From: Candidatus Daviesbacteria bacterium
GTDB taxonomy: Bacteria > Patescibacteriota > Microgenomatia > Daviesbacterales > UBA10151
NCBI GenBank assembly: GCA_016176465.1
Contig: JACOXD010000010.1
Location: forward strand, 7,497 to 71,496
DNA: 64,000 nt
Direction: 5' to 3'
Below are positions 10,537 through 20,430 of this stretch, one piece after another. Under the pieces are notes generated by a model, which worked only from the letters and a program-made list of their open reading frames with translations, was not told where the DNA came from and did no database searches. The position numbers and the translations under genes were made by a program. Every line of letters begins with the position of its first letter. The first letter of the stretch is position 1.

Positions 10537-10811
10537 CAAAACCTAAAGAAGATAAAAAATTTACTGTTCCAGAATCAATCATCAAGAACCTTTTAACCCC
10601 CTCTGAAATTAGGATGGTGAAAAATAGATATTTTATCATCCAGCTTTTATCTGAAGGTTTATCAATCAGGAGCGTTGCAAAAAAAGCAAAGGTAGGAACA
10701 GATACTGTTGTTAGAGTTGCCAGATTGATGGAGAAAAGCAACCTTAAAAAAAATATAGTAGTGAAAAAAACCTCAAAGACTTCTTGGGTTTTTGGCAAGG
10801 GTAATGAATAA
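10533..10811 (+). CDS. TrpR/YerC-like HTH protein
   Basis: LLTPSEIRM..R...LL..GLSIR.VA....GT.TV.RV pattern. Confidence 0.75.
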   Translation: MTKPKEDKKFTVPESIIKNLLTPSEIRMVKNRYFIIQLLSEGLSIRSVAKKAKVGTDTVVRVARLMEKSNLKKNIVVKKTSKTSWVFGKGNE

Positions 10812-11598
10812 ATATTTGGCGGTCTTCAAAATTAACTGGGAGAATGCCTTGGTTTATAGACTCAACTTTTCTTTATGGAGAGTGCGCTCAGTATTGCAAT
10901 TACTTTTAGTTTACTTTATTTGGTTTAGTGTTTTTCAATCACAACAAAGAATTTTTGGCTATGATCAAAGTTCGATATTAACTTATATTTTAATAGCGGC
11001 TTTGGTTAGGGCAATAGTTTTATCATCCCGGGTAATGGATGTGGCCAATGTAATTAACGAAGGGAGTGTTGCCAATTTTTTTCTAAAACCCATAAGTTTT
11101 ATTGGGTATTATTTTATCAGAGATCTCTCTGATAAGTTATTAAATATTTCTTTTGTTATATTTGAGCTCGCATTAATTCTTTTTCTTCTTAAACCCTCAA
11201 TTCTTATCCAAAAAAATTTATCTATTCTAGCCCTTTTTTTATTAGCCGTTTTTTTAGGGTTATTTCTATTTTTTATAATTTCTTTTATTGTAGGTTTAAT
11301 GTCATTTTGGGTAGAAAATTCTTGGGGTTTGTTTTTTTTAATGTATATATTCCTTGAAACTTTTGGAGGAGGAATATTCCCAATAGATATTTTGCCAAGT
11401 CCCTATTCTCAAATATTTTTAATCGCCCCATTTCCTTATCTTCTTTATTTCCCTGCCAAAATATACTTGGGAACACTCGCAGTCCCAGAGCTCGTTAAAG
11501 GCTTTTTTATTCTTTCTTTTTGGATAATTGTTTTGTATTTTTTAATGGTTAAACTTTATCGCGCTGGTATAAGGCAATACAGCGCTGTTGGTCATTAA
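10804..11598 (+). CDS. ABC-2 type permease (DUF990-like)
   Basis: YRLNF, I..G....F.LKP, GG.IFPID motifs; follows the ATPase. Confidence 0.85.
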   Translation: MNKYLAVFKINWENALVYRLNFSLWRVRSVLQLLLVYFIWFSVFQSQQRIFGYDQSSILTYILIAALVRAIVLSSRVMDVANVINEGSVANFFLKPISFIGYYFIRDLSDKLLNISFVIFELALILFLLKPSILIQKNLSILALFLLAVFLGLFLFFIISFIVGLMSFWVENSWGLFFLMYIFLETFGGGIFPIDILPSPYSQIFLIAPFPYLLYFPAKIYLGTLAVPELVKGFFILSFWIIVLYFLMVKLYRAGIRQYSAVGH

Positions 11599-11599
11599 A

Positions 11600-12388
11600 A
11601 TGAAAAAATTCTATAAATATTTAAAGGTTTGGTGGATCTATGCTGTTAATACTTTACAAATTCAATTGGTTGTTCGCTGGGCAGTTGCCCTCTTCTTAAT
11701 AGCTAAACTTTTAAGGTTTGGAATATTCTTATTTTTTATTATTATTTTAGTTTCTCAGACTAGAGTTTTAGCAGGATACAGTTTGGATCAAACAATACTA
11801 TTTTTTTTATCTTTTAACTTAGTTGATATCTTAGCTCAAATGTTATTTAGGGAAGTATATCGATTTAGGCAAGCGATAGTTTCAGGAACTTTTGATTTTT
11901 ATTTAATGAAGCCGATTAATGTTTTGTTTAGGTCACTCCTTGGAGGACCTGATATTATTGATTTTATTACTTTAATTCCCTTAATTTGGGCAATAGTATA
12001 TTTTATTAATAGTTTAGATATTTCTTCCATAAATTTATTTATCTATATATTTCTTATAATTGCTGGATTTATTATTAGCATGGCCTTTCATATACTAGTT
12101 TTATCTTTGGCTGTTGTGACAACAGAAATAGATAGCGCAGTGCTTTTATATAGAGACGTCTCCGGAATGGGAAGAGTGCCAATTGATATTTATAAGGAAC
12201 CTATTCGGGGACTGTTAACTTTCGTGATTCCTGTTGGAATTATGATGACATTCCCCACTAAATCACTACTCGGATTGCTTTCTCCGCTAAGTATTTTATA
12301 TGCTTTTTTGTTTTCAATTGTATTTTTATTTACATCCTTAAAAGTTTGGCATCAAGCTGTATTAAAATATTCCTCCGCCAGTAGTTAA
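11600..12388 (+). CDS. ABC-2 type permease (DUF990-like)
   Basis: G.FDFYL.KP, P.DIY, C-terminal YSSASS. Confidence 0.85.
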   Translation: MKKFYKYLKVWWIYAVNTLQIQLVVRWAVALFLIAKLLRFGIFLFFIIILVSQTRVLAGYSLDQTILFFLSFNLVDILAQMLFREVYRFRQAIVSGTFDFYLMKPINVLFRSLLGGPDIIDFITLIPLIWAIVYFINSLDISSINLFIYIFLIIAGFIISMAFHILVLSLAVVTTEIDSAVLLYRDVSGMGRVPIDIYKEPIRGLLTFVIPVGIMMTFPTKSLLGLLSPLSILYAFLFSIVFLFTSLKVWHQAVLKYSSASS

Positions 12389-13644
12389 AAAGGATTTTTT
12401 GTTAAATTAGTAAGGAAAAAATATTCAAGTAGGTTTTTTGGTAAAGGAATGCCAACTAAAATTGGAAAGGTAAGTAAAAATCCAAATAAAATCAAAAATA
12501 AAAGTAAAGTAGCATATTTTTTGTAAGAGTTATTTTCATATAAATGGTTTAGTTGATACCCAAGTGCTAAAGATAAAAAAGGAATTGAAGGGCTATAATG
12601 ATAAAGAAACATTATGCGTGGGGAAAAAGCCCAAGGAAGTAAAAAAACAAAATATCCCGCCAATATAATGAATAAGGCAAAAGACCTTCTTCTTAAAAAC
12701 TCAATAAATGAAAGTATTATTGCAACAACTCCACTGTAAAAAACGACTATATTACCAGATGCAAAAATATTAGAAATTGAATTTTTATGATAATCAACAA
12801 AATACCAAACCGGGTATAAATTAAATGGCCAGCTCCACCAAGGTGAAGAATAATCATGGGAGGCTTTTAAGCCGGTATGATACCAGAACATTTGTTTTTG
12901 CAGCTCTATAAATTGGGAAAAATTATGACCAAGTGTAAAAAAAGGAATATAAGTTATTAAATAAATGGCTGGCGGTATAGAAAGAAAGTAGATTAATTTT
13001 TTTAGAAAATTAAGATTTATTTTTTTGCTATGGTTTTGAAAGGTAAATATTAAAAAAAGGAATAAATAAAGATAGAGGGCGCTCCATTTTGAGGAAAGAG
13101 ATAAGCCTAAAAAAACAGAAGAAAGAAAATACTTTTTTTTAAAAAAAAATAGTAAACAAAAAAGCGCAAACGTTATAAAATAAATATCATTCATTCCTAT
13201 CCTTGATTGGACAAAATTTAATCCGTCAAAGGAAAATACAAATGCAGAAAATAAAGCCAAAGTAGTATTTTTAAAAAGAAATGAGGCTATTTGATATATT
13301 AATAGAATAGAAATTAATCCAAGGATTACACCCGGAATTCTCCATGCCCAAGCATCAGTTGATTGAAGTACAAACATGGAAGCAGTCATTATTTCTTTTG
13401 CTAGTGGTGGATGAGTCCACTCAAAAGCAACATCTTCAGGAGGCTTTGTCCACCACTCCCAGGCTTCTTTTGACCCCTTTAAATACTCCTTGGCTGTAAA
13501 TGCGTGATAAACCTCATCAAATACGAAAGAGTTGGGATAATCCAGCCTAAAAAAGCGCAAAAAAGCACTAAACAATATAAGAATCACTAACAGTTTTTTT
13601 ACTCGTAGGAAACCTCTGAATATAGAGAGTTTATTTTTTAGCAT
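12385..13644 (-). CDS. Protein O-mannosyltransferase (GT39/PMT)
   Basis: FDEVYH, HPPLAK, SRI.M.D, KWS, H.YSS.WWSWP, MFLYHY. Confidence 0.88.
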   Translation of the reverse strand: MLKNKLSIFRGFLRVKKLLVILILFSAFLRFFRLDYPNSFVFDEVYHAFTAKEYLKGSKEAWEWWTKPPEDVAFEWTHPPLAKEIMTASMFVLQSTDAWAWRIPGVILGLISILLIYQIASFLFKNTTLALFSAFVFSFDGLNFVQSRIGMNDIYFITFALFCLLFFFKKKYFLSSVFLGLSLSSKWSALYLYLFLFLIFTFQNHSKKINLNFLKKLIYFLSIPPAIYLITYIPFFTLGHNFSQFIELQKQMFWYHTGLKASHDYSSPWWSWPFNLYPVWYFVDYHKNSISNIFASGNIVVFYSGVVAIILSFIEFLRRRSFALFIILAGYFVFLLPWAFSPRIMFLYHYSPSIPFLSLALGYQLNHLYENNSYKKYATLLLFLILFGFLLTFPILVGIPLPKNLLEYFFLTNLTKNPF

Positions 13645-14860
13645 AGACTTCTTTTATAATGATAATTGTAACTAAATAAAAAATAACTGTTGAGAGTAGT
13701 GATAATATTTTGGAATAATCCTGCGCAAAAAAGTATAGAAAAGGTATATATAGAACTTTTGGCAAACTTAAGTAAAATTCATTGTAATAAATATAAACAT
13801 AATAAAGATTTAAGAAATGGATTAAAGATAAAATAAAATAAAGCAAAATAAGCCACTTATTTTTTATTTGAATTGCAAAAATTATTAAAAATATTAGGGC
13901 TGGGTAAAGATATCTTTCATGGACTCTAGTTGGTAAGAAAAAAAAGCTTAAGAAAGCCAAAGTGGAAAGACTGAAAAAGAAAAACTTTCTTTTGAAATAA
14001 GAATAAAAAATAATCAGCCAATAAAATATTAACAATATATAACCCCAGTGCTTATAAGAGATACCCTGCCAGATTGTTGAATCATTAATCCAAAATCCAA
14101 TCATGCCCCAAAAATTGTATGCATAAAGACTAATGAATTGATAATCTTCAACCATTCTAAAAAAAAGTTTCCAGATTCCCAATATAGGCTCAGATGGAAA
14201 AAAAGGAAGTGATAGAAAAAAAATGACAGCTATTGAAGACAAAGTTAATTGCAAAAAATGCCTTAAGCTTGGATATTTTAACAGATAAAAACAATAAACA
14301 GGAACTAACGCAATAGCTTGGGGTTTAATTAATATGGCTAATGCAATAAAAATTGAGGAAAGAGTAAGCCTTTTTGAATTTAAATAATAGATACTTAGAA
14401 ATAAAAATAAAGTTAAAATGGAATCAATTTGTCCCCAAATACTACTATTAAATAAAAATGCTGGATTAAATAAAACTACGATTGCAGCAAATAGCGCCAG
14501 CTTTTTCTTTCCCAATAGCTTAAATACTAAAAATGCAAGAATTAAATCTGCAATGATTGCCGGCATTTTTAATAAGTAGTAAAAGTTATAATCAGTAATA
14601 CTAAAAAAATTTTTAAAAGCACCTAAAAAAGCTAAGATGTATAAATACCCTGGAAGATAATTTGTCCAAACCTCATCTGAGTAAAATTTAGAAAACCCGA
14701 ACTCATTTAATCTAACTGCCCAGGCAAACCATGCACTCATATCAATCACCATCCCTGGGAGTGTTGCTAAAGTAAGTCTAATAATTAAAGCAACTATAAA
14801 AACAAATATCGTAATTTTTGCCATCTTTGACAATTTAGAACAAAAAAAGGAAATATTCAA
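13631..14860 (-). CDS. GT-C membrane glycosyltransferase (mannosyltransferase-like)
   Basis: NYLPGY, KMPAIIAD, NPA...S.IWGQ.DS, KPQ, RVHERY. Confidence 0.75.
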   Translation of the reverse strand: MNISFFCSKLSKMAKITIFVFIVALIIRLTLATLPGMVIDMSAWFAWAVRLNEFGFSKFYSDEVWTNYLPGYLYILAFLGAFKNFFSITDYNFYYLLKMPAIIADLILAFLVFKLLGKKKLALFAAIVVLFNPAFLFNSSIWGQIDSILTLFLFLSIYYLNSKRLTLSSIFIALAILIKPQAIALVPVYCFYLLKYPSLRHFLQLTLSSIAVIFFLSLPFFPSEPILGIWKLFFRMVEDYQFISLYAYNFWGMIGFWINDSTIWQGISYKHWGYILLIFYWLIIFYSYFKRKFFFFSLSTLAFLSFFFLPTRVHERYLYPALIFLIIFAIQIKNKWLILLYFILSLIHFLNLYYVYIYYNEFYLSLPKVLYIPFLYFFAQDYSKILSLLSTVIFYLVTIIIIKEVYAKK

Positions 14861-14868
14861 TCTATAGA

Positions 14869-16125
14869 GTGAATACGTTATTATCTACAGTAATGAATAT
14901 GTTAGTCAAAAAATCTTGGATTTTATACTTACCTTTTTTAACACTTGGAATATTGATATTTCAATCCACACTCCCTTTGTGGTTTGGACATATTTCTACA
15001 GATACTTATGTCTATTATAATAGAGCAAGCTATTTTTTTAACAATCTTAACCTGGCTGATTTCGAGGGAAATGAGCATCTGCCAGGAGCAATCATTTATT
15101 TTATTTTAGCAACCCCTGCATTTTTCTTTAAGTCAACTTGGGAAAGTTATGTTTGGGGCTTTATAACTGTCAATTCAATTGCCACTTTAATAATAGATTT
15201 TTTTATTGCAAAAATTGCAGGATTAAAAAATATATTATTTTTATCCTTAATTTTATTATCAGTTGGCCCGATCTCTCTTTTTAGGTTTGATCTTTTAGTT
15301 GTTTTATTAACTATAATTTCTTTCTATTTTTTTATAAAAGAAAAAAATTTAAAATCTGCTTTCTTTCTTGGAAGTGCAACTTTAGTAAAAATATACCCAG
15401 TAATTTTTTTACCCTATTTACTCTATTTAATATATAAAAAACAAAATATTTTAGAAACTCTTAAATTTTTTTCTACTTATATATTAAGCCTAGTAGGTTT
15501 ACTGTGGCTTTATGTGCTTTTTTTTCAAGTTAGCATGGAAAATATTCTATTTAGTCTAACTTTTCATACATTAAAACCGGTACATACAGAGAGTCTTTGG
15601 ACAACCATCTTAACTATCTATTCGTATCTGGTTAATAATACTTACCCTGAAATTGTTAGTGCCTGGGGAATAAATGGGTTAGCAGAAAAATATTGGCTAC
15701 TACCGCTTTGGTTTTACAACTACGCCTGGGTTTTACCTGTGGGATTGTTTTATATATGGCTTCTTAAAAATAGAAAAAAATTTGAAAATTTTGATATTAG
15801 GATACCAATCTTGATTGTTTTACTTTTTTTAATATTCTCTAAAGTGCTGTCTCACCAATATCTTCTTTGGTTTTTATTACTAATTCCCCTTTTAAACTAT
15901 AAAAGATTAATGAGTAGAGCTTGGATTGTAAATATTTTTTTAATCCTACTAACTAATCTATTACATCAATATATTTATCCTTTAAATTACACACAATTCT
16001 TAAATGATTATTACAACCATAATGTTCTTTCAAGCTATTTATTTTGGCTAAATGCTTTAAGTAATTTAATTTTAGTGATTATTTTTTGGAGAATTTTTAG
16101 GGAAATAAAAATTAAAGATGATTAA
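14869..16125 (+). CDS. GT87/DUF2029-like membrane glycosyltransferase
   Basis: RFDL, KIYP, ES.W, KVLS.QYL.W. Confidence 0.75.
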   Translation: MNTLLSTVMNMLVKKSWILYLPFLTLGILIFQSTLPLWFGHISTDTYVYYNRASYFFNNLNLADFEGNEHLPGAIIYFILATPAFFFKSTWESYVWGFITVNSIATLIIDFFIAKIAGLKNILFLSLILLSVGPISLFRFDLLVVLLTIISFYFFIKEKNLKSAFFLGSATLVKIYPVIFLPYLLYLIYKKQNILETLKFFSTYILSLVGLLWLYVLFFQVSMENILFSLTFHTLKPVHTESLWTTILTIYSYLVNNTYPEIVSAWGINGLAEKYWLLPLWFYNYAWVLPVGLFYIWLLKNRKKFENFDIRIPILIVLLFLIFSKVLSHQYLLWFLLLIPLLNYKRLMSRAWIVNIFLILLTNLLHQYIYPLNYTQFLNDYYNHNVLSSYLFWLNALSNLILVIIFWRIFREIKIKDD

Positions 16126-17116
16126 GCAAAGCTTCTCTACGAGTAAAAAAATCCTGGTAATCTTGGGTCCAACTGCAACTGGTAAAACTGATTTAGCTTT
16201 AAGTGTGGCAAAAGAATTTAATGGAGAATTGGTAGCTGCTGACTCCAGACAAGTATACACTTGTTTAGATATTGGAACCGGTAAGTATCCAAGTAAAATT
16301 CCCCTTTGGGGGGGCGATGTAAAAAGGCAAAAATATTACTGGGAAATTGATGGGGTAAAGATCTGGATGTATGACATGGTTGATCCAAAGACTCAATACA
16401 GCGCTTTTGATTATGTTAAAGATGCTATGAGGGTTGTTGAGGATATTTCTAAAAGAGAATTACTGCCTATTATAGTAGGAGGGACTGGGTTTTATTTAAG
16501 AGCTTTAATAGATGGATTCTCCAATTTAGCCATTCCCGTAAATCAAAAGTTAAGAAGGGAGTTAGAGAAGTTAAATTTAGAGAAGTTGCAAAATAAATTA
16601 AGATTACTCTCCCCTGGTATATGGGAGGAGTTAAATGAATCTGATAGAAAAAACCCACGTCGACTCCTCCGTTCAATTGAGTGCTTATCTATGTATCCAT
16701 ACGCTAATAAACCTCAAATTCCAAATCTTAAATCGCAAAATTATAATATTTTAAAAATTGGTCTCGCTGCTCCTAAGCCCTTTTTGTATGAAAAAATAAA
16801 TTCCAGAGTTTTAGGATGGATTAAAGAAGGATTGATTGAGGAAGCATTAACTATCCATAAACAAGGTCTAAGCTTTAAGAGGATGGATGAACTTGGGCTA
16901 GAGTTTAAATATTTGGCAAAGTATCTTAAAGGGGATATAAATAAGGAGTCTCTTATTAGAGAAATTCAAGCTTCAACTCGAAGATATGCTAAAAGACAAC
17001 TTACTTGGTTTAAAAAAGAAAAAGATATTAAATGGTTTGATGTCTCTAAAAATAATTGGGATGCTTTAGTGGAAAAGTTAGTTTCTGATTGGTACAATAA
17101 CCTCTATGATTCGTAA
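16118..17116 (+). CDS. miaA: tRNA dimethylallyltransferase
   Basis: GPTATGKT, DSRQVY, GGTGFY, YAKRQLTWF. Confidence 0.95.
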   Translation: MIKQSFSTSKKILVILGPTATGKTDLALSVAKEFNGELVAADSRQVYTCLDIGTGKYPSKIPLWGGDVKRQKYYWEIDGVKIWMYDMVDPKTQYSAFDYVKDAMRVVEDISKRELLPIIVGGTGFYLRALIDGFSNLAIPVNQKLRRELEKLNLEKLQNKLRLLSPGIWEELNESDRKNPRRLLRSIECLSMYPYANKPQIPNLKSQNYNILKIGLAAPKPFLYEKINSRVLGWIKEGLIEEALTIHKQGLSFKRMDELGLEFKYLAKYLKGDINKESLIREIQASTRRYAKRQLTWFKKEKDIKWFDVSKNNWDALVEKLVSDWYNNLYDS

Positions 17117-18113
17117 GATTGATATTTCGCATAAAACTATATTTTTTATCGCGGGTTTTTTGGGGTTGCTTTGGGTACTCTACCAAATTAGAGATGTAAT
17201 AATTTTACTGTTTGTGGCGATCATTTTTATGTCAGCGCTGTCTCCATATGTAGAAAAAATGATGACTTGGAGAGTCCCGAAAGCATTAGCGATCACAATT
17301 GTTTATTTAGTTGTCATTTCTTTACTTGGTCTACTTTTGATATTGGTAATAAGGCCATTAATAGAACAAACCTCCAATTTAACTACCAGTTTGCCTGCAA
17401 CCCTAGAAACTATATTACCCCCAGGAACGATAAATAGAAACCTCTTAGAGGATAGATTGGGTGACTTTTTTGGTAATGTACCTAATGTAATATTGACAAT
17501 TTTTTCCAATATTCTTGCCATAATTTCTGTTACAGTTTTAACTTTTTACCTTTTGATTGATAAAAAAAGATTTGAAAGGTTGCTTTCCCAGGTTTTTGTT
17601 CCCCAGCAAGATAGAGCAAGAGGGATAATTGAAAAGATTGAAGAAAAATTAGGAGCGTGGCTACGTGGACAAATAGTTTTAAGTATCGTAATTGGCACGT
17701 TGTCTTATTTATTACTTTTTGCGCTAGGGGTTGATTATGCGCTTCCTTTGGCAATTTTGGCCGGAGTAATGGAGGTTGTTCCGGTTATTGGCCCCATAAT
17801 TTCTGCTATTCCAGCAGTATTAATTGCCTATATTATAAATCCTCCTTTGGCAATTGCAGTTGCAGTTGGGTATTTTTTAATTCAACAATTGGAAAATAAT
17901 ATAATTGTTCCACAAGTTATGAAAAGGGCTGTCGGACTAAATCCGCTAGTTGTAATTGTTGCCATTGCGATTGGTGGTAGATTGCTAGGGATATCTGGGG
18001 CATTGTTGGCAGTGCCTATAACCGTTTTGGTTCAAATTATAGCGGAGGAGTTATTGAATCTAGATTTGGGTTCAAGACCTTTGACCAAAAATAATACTCC
18101 AAAGAGTGTTTAA
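17106..18113 (+). CDS. AI-2E family transporter
   Basis: WLRGQ, VPVIGP, QQLENNII.PQV, L.P. Confidence 0.9.
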   Translation: MIRKIDISHKTIFFIAGFLGLLWVLYQIRDVIILLFVAIIFMSALSPYVEKMMTWRVPKALAITIVYLVVISLLGLLLILVIRPLIEQTSNLTTSLPATLETILPPGTINRNLLEDRLGDFFGNVPNVILTIFSNILAIISVTVLTFYLLIDKKRFERLLSQVFVPQQDRARGIIEKIEEKLGAWLRGQIVLSIVIGTLSYLLLFALGVDYALPLAILAGVMEVVPVIGPIISAIPAVLIAYIINPPLAIAVAVGYFLIQQLENNIIVPQVMKRAVGLNPLVVIVAIAIGGRLLGISGALLAVPITVLVQIIAEELLNLDLGSRPLTKNNTPKSV

Positions 18114-18125
18114 CTAATAATTTGT

Positions 18126-18522
18126 GCTTAGGAAGCTTGTAAGCCAGATTCTGTTTTAGGCAGAATTTATCTGTAAGAGAGGCTTCGCCTCATCTAATGC
18201 TCCTGATTCCAACTATTAGTGCGAGCAGCTTAGTTGATTCTAGGATTGCAGCGGGGAGGATTGCCCTTCGACTCACTCTGTTCGCTCAGGGTTAAAACCC
18301 ATTGCTAATTAGTAAATCAAATACCCGTGTCGCTTGGTCGTTTCATCTGGCGCCACCCAGTTCGTCACTGTTGCTCTAACTAGGCCTTAGCCTTCGACTT
18401 CGCTCAGGCTACCCTGACTCCTATCGAAGGGTACAGCTTCCGGCTTGCACCGGACACCCTGCTCTATGCTGTCTGGACTTTCCTGTCCGATATAAATCGG
18501 ACTACTGCCCATCTTCCTAAGC
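18126..18522 (-). ncRNA. rnpB: RNase P RNA
   Basis: Minus strand has CAGGAAAGTCC near the 5' end and ACAGAATCTGGCTTA near the 3' end; termini GCTTAGGAAG/CTTCCTAAGC form P1. Confidence 0.9.
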
Positions 18523-18582
18523 TTACTAATTATACATTTTTTTAAATCTAAATTCAAAAAATTATGTGTTAAACTAAAATAG

Positions 18583-19158
18583 ATGACTGGAAGAACACAT
18601 GATTTGGCGGCATTCACTGCACTAAACTATGTAATTATCTCGCAACCTCTTCAAGAGATATCCCTGTCTACAAGCTTAGTAGCGCTTGGAGCTAACTTGC
18701 TGGGGGGACTCGCACCTGATTTAGATCAATCTACCTCCAATTTTTGGCGTTTTGTGCGGGGAGGATCTTTTTTTTCCAGATTAATATCCCCACTTTTAGG
18801 AGGTCATAGATTTATTTCCCACTCAATACTTGGTGTTATTTTATTTGGGGTTTTAATAAAACAGCTTTTAGGGTTGCTTAGTGATGTTTTATTGGTTGAC
18901 ATGGAAATTGTTTGGTGGGCATTTATGATTGGGTTTATTTCTCATTTGGCAATAGATACTTTCACCAAAGAAGGAGTTCCGTGGTTATTCCCAATTCCAA
19001 TCCGTTTTGGAATCCCACCACTTAAGTTTTTAAGAATTAAAACAGGAGGATTACTTGAAAAGTCTTTACTCTTTCCCGGACTTTTAATTTTAAACGGCTA
19101 CTTATTTTATATTCACTATCATAAATTTCTGGATTTTCTCCGCCAATATATAAGATAG
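18583..19158 (+). CDS. YdjM-like membrane metal-dependent hydrolase
   Basis: RTH, PDLD, HRFISHS, SHL..D..T..G. Confidence 0.88.
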   Translation: MTGRTHDLAAFTALNYVIISQPLQEISLSTSLVALGANLLGGLAPDLDQSTSNFWRFVRGGSFFSRLISPLLGGHRFISHSILGVILFGVLIKQLLGLLSDVLLVDMEIVWWAFMIGFISHLAIDTFTKEGVPWLFPIPIRFGIPPLKFLRIKTGGLLEKSLLFPGLLILNGYLFYIHYHKFLDFLRQYIR

Positions 19159-19206
19159 ATATATTTGCATTTAGATTGACAAATTGAATCATTTGTTTTA
19201 TGTTTA

Positions 19207-19369
19207 GGGTGTCCGATAGGAAGCATGCATATTGGACTTGCCTAAGATAGCGACTCTAGATAAGTGTATTTTAGGGACTTGTTAGTTTTGGTAATACCTC
19301 ACTTATGTCTTAGAGGATATAAGCATAGAGGATTACCGACAAAAAGGCCTGCGAGCAGCGGGCTTTTTT
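19207..19369 (+). ncRNA. Candidate rod-like small RNA (possibly 6S-like)
   Basis: TTGACA (19176)-17 bp-TATGTT promoter; long-range pairings ataagtg/cacttat, gtatt/aatac, atgc/gcat; terminator at the end; no ORF. Confidence 0.45.
19341..19369. terminator. Bidirectional intrinsic terminator
   Basis: aaaaaggcctgc-gagca-gcgggctttttt between convergent units. Confidence 0.75.
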
Positions 19370-19379
19370 GTGGATAACT

Positions 19380-19700
19380 CTAGTTAGATCCCTCTCCCCA
19401 GTGTGCCATTTCGTCAAAAATTTGATTTAGTGATAGCCCTTTTTTAGTCAAACTATACTCCACATGAAGAGGTATTTCCGGGAATATTTTTTTCTTAAGT
19501 AATCCTACTTTTTCTAGTTCATCCAAGCGCAGTGATAGCGTTTTTGGACTAACAGTTTGCAATAATCTTTGCAACTGCCCAAATCTTTTTGGTCCATCAA
19601 ATAAATTATGGAGTATATACATACTCCACTTACTGCCAATAACTTTTAGAGTTTTAACAACCCCACAATTTTTTGGGCAATGATCATGAGTAATATTCAT
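19380..19700 (-). CDS. HxlR family transcriptional regulator
   Basis: IGSKW, RFGQL, L..RL.ELE, P.HVEYSLT..G. Confidence 0.92.
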   Translation of the reverse strand: MNITHDHCPKNCGVVKTLKVIGSKWSMYILHNLFDGPKRFGQLQRLLQTVSPKTLSLRLDELEKVGLLKKKIFPEIPLHVEYSLTKKGLSLNQIFDEMAHWGEGSN

Positions 19701-19782
19701 ACTTCATAAAATGTAACTACTTTACTTTTTATAGTAACTATTGATAGTATAGCAAAATCTAGGATTTGTCAAGGATAAAAAT

Positions 19783-20403
19783 ATGTCAAAAAAAATATAT
19801 AGTAAAATACCACTAATTGAGGAAATTAATAAAACCATGTCTGCGCTTAAACAAAACGGCATGGAAGCTTATTTTGTTCCAGATAGAAAAGCCGCCAAGG
19901 AAAAAGTTTTGCAAATAATCCCAAAGGGATCTGAAGTTATGAATATGACTTCGGTTACACTAGACAGTCTTTCCTTATCCAGAGAAATTACTAACTCTAA
20001 TAACTATAAATCTATAAGAAAAATACTTTCAAATATGAATAGAGAAACAGAGGGTTTGAGAATGCAACAGTTGGGAACAGCGCCTTCTTGGGCAATTGGA
20101 AGTGTTCATGCTATAACCCAAAATGGTCAAGTTATAATAGCTTCAAATACAGGTAGTCAGTTGCCATCGTATGCTTACGGTGCAACAGGCGTAATTTGGG
20201 TAGTTGGGGTACAGAAAATTGTTACAGATTTAAATCAGGGAATGGATCGAATCTATCAATATGTTCTTCCTCTTGAGTCCAAGCGGGCTAAAAAAGCATA
20301 TGGGGCATCAGGAAGTAATGTGAGCAAACTATTAATTATTAATAAAGAAATAAAACCTGGAAGAGTTCATATAATTTTAGTTAATGAAGTATTGGGTTTT
20401 TAA
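19783..20403 (+). CDS. LUD (LutC/DUF162-like) domain protein
   Basis: SVHAIT..G...IAS.TGSQL, VG.QKIV, GR...ILV.E.LGF. Confidence 0.8.
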   Translation: MSKKIYSKIPLIEEINKTMSALKQNGMEAYFVPDRKAAKEKVLQIIPKGSEVMNMTSVTLDSLSLSREITNSNNYKSIRKILSNMNRETEGLRMQQLGTAPSWAIGSVHAITQNGQVIIASNTGSQLPSYAYGATGVIWVVGVQKIVTDLNQGMDRIYQYVLPLESKRAKKAYGASGSNVSKLLIINKEIKPGRVHIILVNEVLGF

Positions 20404-20430
20404 ACAGATTTGTGTTATATAAAATCTGTA

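Noticed and set aside
10533-10811. TrpR controlling the aromatic operons
   Set aside because: Embedded in an ABC operon; no Trp-box seen at the aro promoters.
18387-18617. 76-aa minus-strand ORF
   Set aside because: Overlaps RNase P RNA and the ydjM start; partly repeat-derived.
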